A stretch of 49,077 bases of DNA from contig JAPLKJ010000270.1 of the NCBI GenBank assembly GCA_026388125.1, forward strand, positions 1 through 49,077. Direction: 5' to 3'. The stretch comes from Elusimicrobiota bacterium. GTDB lineage: Bacteria; Elusimicrobiota; Elusimicrobia; Elusimicrobiales; UBA9959. Under the pieces are notes generated by a model, which saw only the letters and a program-made list of their open reading frames with translations, was not told the origin of the DNA and searched no databases. Positions 9,147 to 18,173 of the stretch are shown one piece after another. Each line of letters opens with the position of its first letter. Positions within the stretch are counted from its first letter, which is position 1. The position numbers were made by a program, and so were the translations under genes.

Positions 9147-10457
9147 TTATTCTTTGACCCCCGCCGCCGGGCTCGCGGCCCTTTGGCTTTCCTTTAATAT
9201 CTCTATCGCCGCTCCGGCCAGGTAGAATGACCCCAGCACCGCTACCGTCCCGGAGCCGGCGGCGCTGGACAGCGCCGCTCCCACGTCCTGCTGCACTTCC
9301 ACTTCCGCGCCGGGATTTATGGCCGATAGCTCGTCGGCCAGCGCGCACGGGTCGGCGGCCCTGGGAGACTCCGGCCTGGTAAAGACGAACCTGCCGGACA
9401 GCCGGGCCAGCGTTTCAAGTATCGCCCGGCGTTCCTTATCCTGAAGTATGCCGATCACGAAAGCGCAGGGCTTGCCCGCGAAAGGCGACGCCGCCCAGGT
9501 GCGGGCGAACGCGCGCGCGGCCTCCGGGTTATGGGCGCCGTCGACAATGAACAGCGCGCCGCCGAACTCAGGGCCGCCGCGCAGCGCCTGGAACCGCGCC
9601 GGCCAGCGCGCGGCGGCGAAGCCGGCGACCGCGTGGGCGCGCTGTATGGGCCAGCCCATGCCGCGCAGCAGCTCAAGGCCCTCCCACACCAGCGTGGCGT
9701 TGGAAACCTGCGCCTCGCCCATTATGCCGAAAGCCAGCGTTTCCCCGCTCTTTTTGTGGCGCAGCGTCATAAGGCCGTTCTCCCAGTCGCGCGCGGCTAT
9801 CTCGAAAACGGGGGCAAAAAAACGCGCCTGCGCGCCCTTCGCCTGCGCCTCGGCCAGGATGGGCGCCCGGACGGCCTCGGGCAGCAGCGGGGCCAGGCAG
9901 ACCCCGCCTTTTTTAATTATCCCGGCCTTCTGCGCGGCGATCTCGGGCAGGGTCGAGCCCAGATATTTTTCATGGTCGAGGTCCACGGAAGTAATAACGC
10001 TCAGTTCGGGCTTCACCAGCACGTTGGTAGTATCGAAACGCCCGCCTATGCCCACCTCTATCACCGCCAGGTCCGTTCTTTCGCGCTCGAAACACAGGAA
10101 AGCCATGCAGGTGAGCAGTTCGAAAAAGCTCAGGTCGGGGCCGGCCCGGAAAACCTCGCCGAACAGCGCGGCGAACGCGGTTTCTGAAATATCCGCGCCG
10201 TTGAGCCGTATGCGCTCGGTCATCCGCACCAGGTGCGGCGAGGTGAAAAGCCCGGTCTTAAGCCCGGCCGCCAGCGCGGCGGCCTCGAACAGGGCGCAGA
10301 CCGAGCCTTTGCCGTTGGTGCCGGTAACGTGCACCGTCCTGATGCGCTCGTGCGGGCTGCCCAGTTTTTCCAGGCAGGCGTACACGCGGGCCAGCCCGTC
10401 CTTCTTCACGAAGTCCTGGCGGGCCAGCAGCGTTTTTTTTGCTTCTTCGAAGGTCAT
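9147..10457 (-). CDS. folC: Folylpolyglutamate synthase / dihydrofolate synthase
   Basis: Mur-ligase P-loop VTGTNGKGSV and FolC-like domains. The start is set at MTFEEAK (ATG at 10457), because the longer ORF (to 10811) would overlap murA by 330 nt with R/G-rich nonsense. Confidence 0.85.
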   Translation of the reverse strand: MTFEEAKKTLLARQDFVKKDGLARVYACLEKLGSPHERIRTVHVTGTNGKGSVCALFEAAALAAGLKTGLFTSPHLVRMTERIRLNGADISETAFAALFGEVFRAGPDLSFFELLTCMAFLCFERERTDLAVIEVGIGGRFDTTNVLVKPELSVITSVDLDHEKYLGSTLPEIAAQKAGIIKKGGVCLAPLLPEAVRAPILAEAQAKGAQARFFAPVFEIAARDWENGLMTLRHKKSGETLAFGIMGEAQVSNATLVWEGLELLRGMGWPIQRAHAVAGFAAARWPARFQALRGGPEFGGALFIVDGAHNPEAARAFARTWAASPFAGKPCAFVIGILQDKERRAILETLARLSGRFVFTRPESPRAADPCALADELSAINPGAEVEVQQDVGAALSSAAGSGTVAVLGSFYLAGAAIEILKESQRAASPAAGVKE

Positions 10458-10480
10458 TCGTTGCGCGTTCCGTGCCGGAG

Positions 10481-11737
10481 CTAAGCCTTTACCCGGGTGG
10501 CGTCCACGCCCAGGTCCTTCAGTTTGTGCTCCAGCTTCTCGTAGCCGCGGTCTATGTGGTAGATGCGCCGTATCACGGTGCGGCCTCTGGCCGCCGCGGC
10601 CGCCACCACCAGCGCCGCCCCGGCCCTGAGGTCGGAGGCCATCACCGGCGCGCCCAGCAGTTCCGCCACGCCGCGCACCACGGCCTTCTTGTCGGTAACC
10701 GTGATGTCCGCGCCCATGCGGACCAGCTCCGGCGCGTGCATGAAGCGGTTCTCGAAAATATGTTCGTGCACTTCGCTGACGCCGGCCGCGCGGGCCATAA
10801 AAGCCATCCACGGCGCCTGCAGGTCGGTGGGGAAACCGGGATGCGGCTTGGTCGATACGCTTACCGGTTTGGGCCGGCCGCGCACTGCTTCGACTTCGAT
10901 CGAATCTTTATACGCCGTGATCTTTACACCGGCCTTCTTCATGCAGCGTATCAGAGCGTCCAGGTTCCTGGGGGCGGCGTTGAGCAGCTTTATCTTCCCG
11001 CCCGCCGCGGCTGCCAGCAGCATGAAAGTGCCGGTCTCGATGCGGTCGGGCATCACGCTGTACTTCAGTCCTTTAAGCGCGGCCGCCCCGTGTATCTTTA
11101 TCGTCGGGGTGCCGGCGCCTTCCACCGGCGCGCCCATTTTTGTCAGGGCAGCGGCCAGGTCCTCGATCTCGGGCTCCCGGGCGCAGTTCTCCAGCGTGGT
11201 CACGCCTTCGATAAGGGCCGCGCACATCATAAGGTTCTCGGTGGCGCCGACGCTGGGGAACCGGAACTTCACCGTGCCGGGCTTCAGTTTTTTAGCCGTC
11301 AGGATGACGTCGCCTTTTTCATACGAGACCTGCGCGCCCAATTTTTTAAAGCCTTCCAGGTGGATGTCTATCGGGCGCATGCCGATGGAGCAGCCGCCGG
11401 GCAGGGAGAACCGGGCTTTCTTAAAGCGGGCCAGCAGCGGGCCGGACACCAGCATGGAGGCGCGCATCTTGCGCACCAGGTCATAAGGGGCGTGCAGCTT
11501 GAGCGCGCCGTGCTCTTCGGCCACGAAGTTCCCGTAGCCGTAGAAGCAGTTCTTGCCCAGGTAGTTGAGCAGTTCGAAAGTGGACTTTATATCCATCAGC
11601 TCCGGCACGTTCTTTATCTCGCATTTTTCCTTCGTGAGCAGCGTGGCGGCGAGGATGGGCAGCGCCGCGTTCTTCGAGCCGCTGATCATCGTCTGCCCGG
11701 AGAGCGGCCGCCCGCCGCGAATTATAAAATTATCCAT
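10481..11737 (-). CDS. murA: UDP-N-acetylglucosamine 1-carboxyvinyltransferase
   Basis: Full-length MurA pattern (ISGSKNAALPILAA, active-site LPGGCSIGMRPID, DRGYEKLE). Confidence 0.95.
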   Translation of the reverse strand: MDNFIIRGGRPLSGQTMISGSKNAALPILAATLLTKEKCEIKNVPELMDIKSTFELLNYLGKNCFYGYGNFVAEEHGALKLHAPYDLVRKMRASMLVSGPLLARFKKARFSLPGGCSIGMRPIDIHLEGFKKLGAQVSYEKGDVILTAKKLKPGTVKFRFPSVGATENLMMCAALIEGVTTLENCAREPEIEDLAAALTKMGAPVEGAGTPTIKIHGAAALKGLKYSVMPDRIETGTFMLLAAAAGGKIKLLNAAPRNLDALIRCMKKAGVKITAYKDSIEVEAVRGRPKPVSVSTKPHPGFPTDLQAPWMAFMARAAGVSEVHEHIFENRFMHAPELVRMGADITVTDKKAVVRGVAELLGAPVMASDLRAGAALVVAAAAARGRTVIRRIYHIDRGYEKLEHKLKDLGVDATRVKA

Positions 11738-11782
11738 AGGAATTGTTCCCGATCCTCGCTCTTCGATCCTCGATTTTCCGAT

Positions 11783-12658
11783 CTACTTCTTTATCCCGAA
11801 CACGAACCTCTCCACGCCGTTAAGGTCCTTGAAAAGCTTCTTGCCCGTCCAGATCCTGTCAGGCATCAGGGACAGCAGCTTCTTCGCCTGTCCCCCGCCC
11901 ACCTCCAGCAGCATGGCCCCGCCCTTCTTCAGGCGGCCCGGCGCCAGCGCCACCAGCATCCGCGCGATGTCGAGCCCGTCCCCGCCGCCATCCAGGGCCA
12001 TGTGGGGCTCGCTGAGCACCTCCGGCGACAGGCCGCCTATCACCCTGGTGGGGATATACGGCGGATTGGAGACGATCAGGTCGAACCGCCCCGTCATTCC
12101 CTCCAGCGTCTCAGCCCTGACGAAAGTTATCCTGTCCGCCAGCCCCAGCGCGGCGGCGTTCTCCCGGGCGCAGGCGATGGCCCGCGCCGATTTCTCGGCC
12201 GCGGTCACTTCAAGCCCCGGGAATTTATGGGCCAGCCAGAGCCCGATGGCCCCGCTGCCGGCCCCGTAATCCAGCGCGGAGACGGCGCCTTTAAAAGGCT
12301 TCAGGAAATCCGCCGCCAGGCCGGCCAGCTCCTCGGTCTCGGGGCGCGGCACCAGCACCCGGCCGTCAACTTTTATCTTCAGCCCGCGGAAATTCTGCCA
12401 GCCCAGGATGTAGGCCAGCGGCAGGCCGCTCTCTTTAAGCGTCAGGGTCTCGTAGAAACGGCGGCGGGCGGCCGCGGGCACCGGCGCGGAAAGGTCGGCC
12501 AGCAGCGCCATCCGTTCCACGCCCAGCGCGGCGGCCAGCAGCCACTGGGCGTTCAATCCGGGCTCTTCCACGCCGCGCGCGCGCAGGCGCTCCACGGCGT
12601 CAGGCAGCAGCCGCCCGGAGAGCTTCCCGCTTTTCGCGGGCGCGCGTTCAGGTTTCAT
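11783..12658 (-). CDS. prmC: Release-factor glutamine N5-methyltransferase PrmC/HemK
   Basis: SAM motif LDYGAGSGAIG and catalytic NPPY (IVSNPPYIP). It lies directly downstream of prfA with an 11-nt overlap. Confidence 0.9.
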   Translation of the reverse strand: MKPERAPAKSGKLSGRLLPDAVERLRARGVEEPGLNAQWLLAAALGVERMALLADLSAPVPAAARRRFYETLTLKESGLPLAYILGWQNFRGLKIKVDGRVLVPRPETEELAGLAADFLKPFKGAVSALDYGAGSGAIGLWLAHKFPGLEVTAAEKSARAIACARENAAALGLADRITFVRAETLEGMTGRFDLIVSNPPYIPTRVIGGLSPEVLSEPHMALDGGGDGLDIARMLVALAPGRLKKGGAMLLEVGGGQAKKLLSLMPDRIWTGKKLFKDLNGVERFVFGIKK

Positions 12659-13706
12659 CGGCTCCTTTTCTGCCTATCTCGAGCTTCAGCTCCTCGAGCA
12701 GTTCACGGATCCCGCCGTCCATGATCGCCTGCATGTTATGCCAGGAAACCTGGATGCGGTGGTCGGTAACGCGGTTCTGCGGGAAATTGTAGGTCCTTAT
12801 TTTTTCGGAGCGGTCGCCGGTGCCCACCTGGCTCTTGCGCGCTCCGGCGTTGGCCCTGGCCTGCGCCTCCTCGCTGATCTGGGTGAGCTTGGCGGCCAGC
12901 ATCGCCATGGCCTTCATCTTGTTCTGCCCCTGGGAGCGCTCCTCCTGGCATTGCGTTATGATGCCGCTGGGGAGATGCGTTATGCGGATGGCGGTCTCCA
13001 CCTTGTTCACGTTCTGGCCGCCCGCGCCGCCGGAGCGGAAGGTATCCACCTTCAGGTCCTTGGCCTCTATCTTTATCTCTATCTCGTCGACCTCGTGCAT
13101 GATGGCCACGGTGACGGTGGAGGTATGGACGCGCCCGGAGGCCTCGGTCTGGGGAACGCGCTGCACCCGGTGCACGCCCCCCTCGTACTTCATCAGCGAG
13201 AATACGTCCTGCCCGGAGATGTACAGCACGGCGTTCTTTATTCCCCTGGGTCCCGAGGAGGACATGTCGCGCAGTTCCGCCTTCCAGCCCATGTTCTGGG
13301 CGAAGCGCGTGTACATGCGCAGCAGGTCGGCCGCGAACAGGGCGGATTCGTCGCCGCCCACGCCGGCGCGTATTTCCAGGAAGATGTTCTTGGAGTCGGC
13401 GGGGTCGGGCGGGATCAGCAGCAGCCGCAGCTTTTTCTCCAGGGCGGCAACGGCGGCCTCGAGCGCCGGCATTTCCGCGGCGGCCATCCCGGCTATTTCA
13501 CGGTCGGTGCTGGAAAGCATCTGGCGGGTCCCGTCCGCCTCTTTAGCGGCCTTTTCAAGGGCCGCGGCGGTGTCGAGCACCTGCCGGCAGGCGGCGTGCC
13601 GCCTGGAGAATTTCTCTATTTCCGCCGGCTCGAGCCCGCCGCAAGAGAGCCGGGCTTGGGCTTCGGCGAATTCCAGCTTGACGGCTTTGAGTTCTTCTTC
13701 AAGCAT
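12648..13706 (-). CDS. prfA: Peptide chain release factor 1
   Basis: GGQ motif (SGGAGGQNVNKVETA) and RVQRVPQTEASGRVHTS. I prefer the ATG at 13706, because the ORF-track start at 13742 (TTG) lies in the U-tract of the rpmE terminator. Confidence 0.9.
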   Translation of the reverse strand: MLEEELKAVKLEFAEAQARLSCGGLEPAEIEKFSRRHAACRQVLDTAAALEKAAKEADGTRQMLSSTDREIAGMAAAEMPALEAAVAALEKKLRLLLIPPDPADSKNIFLEIRAGVGGDESALFAADLLRMYTRFAQNMGWKAELRDMSSSGPRGIKNAVLYISGQDVFSLMKYEGGVHRVQRVPQTEASGRVHTSTVTVAIMHEVDEIEIKIEAKDLKVDTFRSGGAGGQNVNKVETAIRITHLPSGIITQCQEERSQGQNKMKAMAMLAAKLTQISEEAQARANAGARKSQVGTGDRSEKIRTYNFPQNRVTDHRIQVSWHNMQAIMDGGIRELLEELKLEIGRKGADET

Positions 13707-13740
13707 ATAAAGGCGCCAGAACAGCTTTTCCACCGCGGCC

Positions 13741-13778
13741 AAAAAAAAGCAGGCGTTCCCTCTGCGGGGAACGCCTGC
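13741..13778 (-). terminator. Rho-independent terminator after rpmE
   Basis: 12-bp stem GCAGGCGTTCCC / GGGAACGCCTGC with a 6-nt loop, followed on the minus strand by T8. Confidence 0.8.
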
Positions 13779-13791
13779 CTGTGCCGCCGCG

Positions 13792-14154
13792 CTACTTTAC
13801 TTCGGGCTTGGCTGCGGCCGGTTTCACTACCGGCTTGGCGGCCTTCGCGTCCTTCTTGGCGGGCGCGGAAGAAAGTATTTTCCTCTTGGCCGTGTGGCGC
13901 GGGGTCACCGTTTTAACGGCGGCTTTCTTGGGAGCGCGCTCCAGCGTTTTGCCGCCGGTGGCGGAGAACTTCTTCTGGAATTTCTCGACGCGGCCGGCGG
14001 TGTCGGTGAAGCGCTGCTTGCCGGTATAGAAAGGGTGGCAGGCTGAGCAGATCTCGACTTTGATGACCGGCTTTATGGAGCGGGTCTTGAAAGCGTTGCC
14101 GCAGGCGCAGGTCACTTCGCAAACCTCGTATTTGGGATGGATATCGTTTTTCAT
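13792..14154 (-). CDS. rpmE: 50S ribosomal protein L31 (Zn-binding type) with a ~55-aa Lys/Ala/Pro-rich C-terminal extension
   Basis: MKNDIHPKY...CACG...[13 protein letters not shown] core, then ...[10 protein letters not shown]...[30 protein letters not shown] lies upstream of the ATG. Confidence 0.9.
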   Translation of the reverse strand: MKNDIHPKYEVCEVTCACGNAFKTRSIKPVIKVEICSACHPFYTGKQRFTDTAGRVEKFQKKFSATGGKTLERAPKKAAVKTVTPRHTAKRKILSSAPAKKDAKAAKPVVKPAAAKPEVK

Positions 14155-14231
14155 ATGTTCTTTCCTCTGAAATCAAGCGTGTATCAGCTAAATTATACAA
14201 TAAAAAGAGCCCCGGGTCATTCGCGCAGTTG

Positions 14232-15149
14232 CTACTTCCGCCCTATCTTGGCCATCGGGTTCACGGATTTGCCGGAGGGCGTGAGGATCTCGAAATGCAG
14301 ATGCGGCCCCGTTGACATGCCGGTGGACCCCACCTTGCCCAGCAGCGTCTTCGATTTCTGCACCGTCTCGCCCTCTTTTACTTCCAGCTTGGACAGATGC
14401 CCGTAGCGGCACAGGGAGCCGTCCTTATGGCGCACTTCCACCGTGTTGCCGTAACCGCCTTTCCAGCCCGAGAAGGTGACGGTGCCCGACCTTGACGGGT
14501 AGACCGGGGTGCCCAGCGGCATGGGGATATCGCAGCCGCTGTGAAAGATCCTGCGCTTAAGCACCGGGTGGTACCGCATCCCGAAACTCGAGCTTATCCG
14601 CCCGAAGCTCCGGAGCGGCATCCGGTAAGTGTCCAGGTCCACGTAGACCGCCGGCAGATAGATCCGGTCGCCCTTGCTGAACTTATAGTTTATCAGCAGG
14701 GCCGAAGGCGGCAGTTCGTTGTCCTCGATTATCTCCGCCTTGAAAGCCCGCAGGTCGCGGCCCTTGGCCGCGTAGCGCGCGGCGATCCCGTTGAGGGTCT
14801 CTGCGGCGCCGGTGACCTCGTAAAGCAGGCCGTGGCCGTTATGCACGCGGATATAGCCGCCGCGCGACATAAAAATGAACTCGTTGGAATTGGTGCTCTG
14901 CAGCGAACGCACGTCGGTGCCGAAAGCCGCGGCGATGGAGCGGACGTCGTCGCCCTTGGCGACCTTATACCGCATATGTATAAGCCGCGGTATGGCCTTA
15001 AAAACCCCGGGCAGCGGGGCGGCCGGGCCCGGCGGCGTCAGCACCGAGAACCGGGCGTAATAGGCCGGGGGGATCCCCGGGGTGGAAGCGGACACTAAAG
15101 CCGCCCCCCCCAGGAGCATCCCCGCACCCAGTACGCGCCACGGGATCAT
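14232..15149 (-). CDS. LysM-domain M23-family peptidoglycan metalloendopeptidase
   Basis: LysM (YKVAKGDDVRSIAAAFGTDVRSLQSTN) and the M23 signature (HSGCDI..., GSTGMSTGPHLHFEI). The start overlaps the rho stop (TAATG). Confidence 0.85.
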   Translation of the reverse strand: MIPWRVLGAGMLLGGAALVSASTPGIPPAYYARFSVLTPPGPAAPLPGVFKAIPRLIHMRYKVAKGDDVRSIAAAFGTDVRSLQSTNSNEFIFMSRGGYIRVHNGHGLLYEVTGAAETLNGIAARYAAKGRDLRAFKAEIIEDNELPPSALLINYKFSKGDRIYLPAVYVDLDTYRMPLRSFGRISSSFGMRYHPVLKRRIFHSGCDIPMPLGTPVYPSRSGTVTFSGWKGGYGNTVEVRHKDGSLCRYGHLSKLEVKEGETVQKSKTLLGKVGSTGMSTGPHLHFEILTPSGKSVNPMAKIGRK

Positions 15150-16756
15150 TACCTATCCGACCCCATCTCCATCGAGCGGAGGAAGTCCTTGTTGGACTTG
15201 GTGACGGCCAGCTTGGAAACCAGCAGCTCCAGGGAATCTATGGGGGACAGCGGAGCCAGCACCTTGCGCAGGATCCAGACCTTGTTCAGCTCGTCCTCGC
15301 TCATCAGCAGCTCTTCCTTGCGGGTGGAGGTGCGGTTGATGTCGATGGCCGGGAACATGCGGCGGTCGGACAGCTTGCGGTCCAGGTAAATTTCCGAGTT
15401 GCCGGTGCCTTTGAATTCCTCGAAGATCACGTCGTCCATGCGGCTGCCGGTCTCCACCAGCGCCGTAGCGATGATGGTCAGCGAACCGCCCTCTTCCATG
15501 TTGCGGGCCGCGCCGAAGAAGCGCTTGGGCCGCTGCAGGGAGGTGGATTCGAGACCGCCGGAAAGCACGCGGCCGGAGGACGGCGCCACGGTATTGTAGG
15601 CGCGCGCGAGGCGCGTTATCGAGTCCAGCAGGATAACGACGTCCTTGCCGTGCTCGGTCATGCGCTTGGCTTTTTCGAGTACGATCTCGGACACCTGCAC
15701 GTGGCGGTCGGCCGGCTCGTCGAAGGTGGAGGCTATGACCTCGCCGCGCACCGAGCGCTTCATGTCGGTGACCTCCTCGGGGCGCTCGTCGATGAGCAGC
15801 ACCAGCAGCTCGATCTCGGGGTGGTTGGTGGCCAGCGAATTGGCGATGCGCTGCAATATCATGGTCTTGCCGGTCTTGGGCGCGGCCACGATCAGCTGGC
15901 GCTGGCCCTTGCCGACGGGGACGATGAGGTCGATCACGCGGCCGGTCATCTCGGTCTTGGCGGTCTCCAGCGTGAAGCGCTTGTTGGGGTGCAGCGGGGT
16001 GAGGTTGTCGAACAGCGGCCTGTGGCCGATCTTCTCTATCTCGAAGCCGTTGACCGTCTTCACCTGCAGCAGCGCGAAGAAACGCTCGCCGTCCTTGGGG
16101 GGCCGTATCAGGCCGTTGACGGAATCGCCTTTGCGCAGCCCCAGCTTCTTTATCTGGGAAGGAGAGACGTAAATATCCTCGTGGCTCGAGAGGTAATTGT
16201 ATTCCTGGGAGCGCAGGAAGCCGAAGCCGTCCGGCAGTATTTCCAGCACGCCCACGCCCTGCACGATGCCGTTCTGCTTGGCCTGGGCCTCCATGATCTT
16301 GCCTATCAGCTCCTGCTTGCGCAGGCCCGACACGCCTTCAAGGTTGTACTGCTCCGCTATTTTTACCAGTTCGGCCACGGTCATCTTGGTCATTACCGTG
16401 ATGTCCACTTTGGGAAGGTTCTGGTTATTGGGCTGGGGCTGGCCGCCTGTCTGGCCCTGGCCGCCGTTCTGAGGTCCGTTATTCTGCGCCTGGCCGGGCG
16501 CCCTGTTATTTTCCATTTGTTCGTTTCTCCTTGGGAATTCGTTCTGCGGCAGCGCGGCGCCTTCGTCCGTCACGGGCCCGTTGCCGTTCCCGTTGCCGTT
16601 GCCCGATGCCTGCGCCCGGGAGATCTCGGAGACGTGATCGCGCTGGCCGTCGGGCCGGCCGCCGTAATAGCGCCGCCCGCCGCCGCCCCCTCTTCTGGGG
16701 TGTCCGCCCTGCGCAGGCCTTGAATATCTCTCGTCCCGGTTCTGTGGATCGTTCAT
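15149..16756 (-). CDS. rho: Transcription termination factor Rho with a ~120-aa low-complexity N-terminal extension
   Basis: Canonical Rho: OB/RNA-binding region ([14 protein letters not shown]), Walker A (APPKTGKT-like AAPKTGKT) and the C-terminal ATPase. The start is set at MNDPQ (ATG at 16756, GGAGAA upstream, directly after the coaE stop). The ORF track starts at 16792. Confidence 0.9.
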   Translation of the reverse strand: MNDPQNRDERYSRPAQGGHPRRGGGGGRRYYGGRPDGQRDHVSEISRAQASGNGNGNGNGPVTDEGAALPQNEFPRRNEQMENNRAPGQAQNNGPQNGGQGQTGGQPQPNNQNLPKVDITVMTKMTVAELVKIAEQYNLEGVSGLRKQELIGKIMEAQAKQNGIVQGVGVLEILPDGFGFLRSQEYNYLSSHEDIYVSPSQIKKLGLRKGDSVNGLIRPPKDGERFFALLQVKTVNGFEIEKIGHRPLFDNLTPLHPNKRFTLETAKTEMTGRVIDLIVPVGKGQRQLIVAAPKTGKTMILQRIANSLATNHPEIELLVLLIDERPEEVTDMKRSVRGEVIASTFDEPADRHVQVSEIVLEKAKRMTEHGKDVVILLDSITRLARAYNTVAPSSGRVLSGGLESTSLQRPKRFFGAARNMEEGGSLTIIATALVETGSRMDDVIFEEFKGTGNSEIYLDRKLSDRRMFPAIDINRTSTRKEELLMSEDELNKVWILRKVLAPLSPIDSLELLVSKLAVTKSNKDFLRSMEMGSDR

Positions 16757-16758
16757 TG

Positions 16759-17418
16759 TTATTTTTCTCCGGCCGCTTTTAAAAAGCGGCATAACTGCCC
16801 TACCCTGGCTTTCAGCTCCCGCGGCGGCCCGCCGTTCTGCAGCGTTATGTCCGCCCGCGAGCGTTTTTCCTCCGCGCTAAGCTGCGCCGCCTGCCTGGCG
16901 GCGTACTGCGCAGGGGTCCAGCCCCTGCGCCGCGCGCGCGCGCGCCGGTCGCGCTCGGGCGCGTCGACGCAGACTGTGAACGTAAAACACTCCGCAAGCC
17001 CGGCTTCAAAAAGCAGGGGCGCTTCCACTACGACGATTTTTTTACGGGATTTCTTTATTAAAGAATTAATTCTCTTCAAGATCTCGGGATGGAGAAGGCT
17101 CTCAAGCCATTTTCGCTTTGCCGGTACGCCAAAAACTTCCGCGGCAAGCCGTTCTTTGTCCAGGAAACCGTTTGTAAGGATTATCTTACTACCGAACCTT
17201 GTTAAGATTCTATTATAACACGCGGGGGATGTCAACACCTGCGCGGCCACGGCGTCGGCCGAAATGCCCAGCGCCCCCCCGTCAACGAAGTATTTCAGCG
17301 CCAGGCTTTTGCCGGAAGCTATGGGCCCCGTAAGCCCCACCACTATCTTCCCGGTGGCCGCCAGGCACGGCCTCCCCGCTGCTCTTTCCGTTCTTTTCAT
17401 CCTCCCCCCCGCGCTCAC
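16759..17418 (-). CDS. coaE: Dephospho-CoA kinase
   Basis: P-loop [11 protein letters not shown] and the CoaE fold pattern. The start is either the GTG at 17418 (GTGA overlap with the rhomboid stop) or the ATG at 17400. Confidence 0.85.
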   Translation of the reverse strand: MSAGGRMKRTERAAGRPCLAATGKIVVGLTGPIASGKSLALKYFVDGGALGISADAVAAQVLTSPACYNRILTRFGSKIILTNGFLDKERLAAEVFGVPAKRKWLESLLHPEILKRINSLIKKSRKKIVVVEAPLLFEAGLAECFTFTVCVDAPERDRRARARRRGWTPAQYAARQAAQLSAEEKRSRADITLQNGGPPRELKARVGQLCRFLKAAGEK

Positions 17419-18173
17419 GCGCGCCCGCCTTTTCTCCTGGCATAAACGTCCAGCCGGGCCAGTTCGCCGCGGCTCAGGGCGGACTGCCCGCGGGCCGAGA
17501 CCTTGTCGAGCAGGCGGTCTATCTCCGCCTGTTCCGCCGCCTCGGGGTCAGGCCCGGGCGTGGCGGCCCGCCGCCCGCGCCGCTCCAGGCGGCGCTCGGT
17601 CCACAGCCAGAGCAGGCCGGCCAGCAGCCCGCCGAGGTGGGTGATATTCGAGATCCTGGAGCCCGGCCCCGCCATGGTCATGACAAATTCGGTGGCCCCC
17701 AGCAGCAGCGCCATGGTGCGCGCGCTCATCGGGAAAAGGAAATAAACGTAAACCGTAGTGCCGGGGTACAGGAAAGCGAAAGCTCCCAGCAGGCCGTAGA
17801 CCGCCCCGGAAGCCCCTATGACCGGGCTCAGCGAAGCTGGGGTCCAGGCCGCCGTTACCAGGGCGGCCGCGGCGCCGCAGGCCAGGAAGTAGCCCAGGAA
17901 TTTGCGGGGGCCCATTTCCGGCTCTATCATGCGCCCCAGCATCCACAGCATGAAAGCGTTGAACAGGAAATGCCAGAACCCGGCGTGTATGAAGATGTAG
18001 GTGAACGGCTGCCAGAGCCAGAACTGGTGCGTCACCAGGTACGGCACCAGGCCCAGATAAAAATTAAGCCTGAAGCCGAATGCGAGCTCGGCCAGCCAGC
18101 CGGCGAAGAAAAGAACGGCCAGCGCCCTGGTGACGGGCGGCAGCTCCCGCAGCGGAGCGGGGCTAAATCTCAT
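17415..18173 (-). CDS. Rhomboid-family intramembrane serine protease
   Basis: Multi-TM protein with catalytic GASGAVYGLLGA and a downstream ITHLGG histidine. Confidence 0.85.
   Translation of the reverse strand: MRFSPAPLRELPPVTRALAVLFFAGWLAELAFGFRLNFYLGLVPYLVTHQFWLWQPFTYIFIHAGFWHFLFNAFMLWMLGRMIEPEMGPRKFLGYFLACGAAAALVTAAWTPASLSPVIGASGAVYGLLGAFAFLYPGTTVYVYFLFPMSARTMALLLGATEFVMTMAGPGSRISNITHLGGLLAGLLWLWTERRLERRGRRAATPGPDPEAAEQAEIDRLLDKVSARGQSALSRGELARLDVYARRKGGRA

Noticed and set aside
10458-10811. N-terminal 118-codon extension of the folC ORF
   Set aside because: It would overlap the 3' end of murA by more than 300 nt and encodes an R/G/H-rich sequence. The FolC homology starts at MTFEEAK (10457).
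10439-12724. 761-aa plus-strand ORF
   Set aside because: It is antisense to murA, prmC and prfA, which all have unambiguous catalytic motifs. It is a shadow ORF.
16577-16603. Hexanucleotide repeat GTTGCC/GTTCCC x4
   Set aside because: It is not a CRISPR or regulatory repeat. It is the coding microsatellite for the (GN)4 tract in the Rho N-terminal extension, and is reported under that finding.
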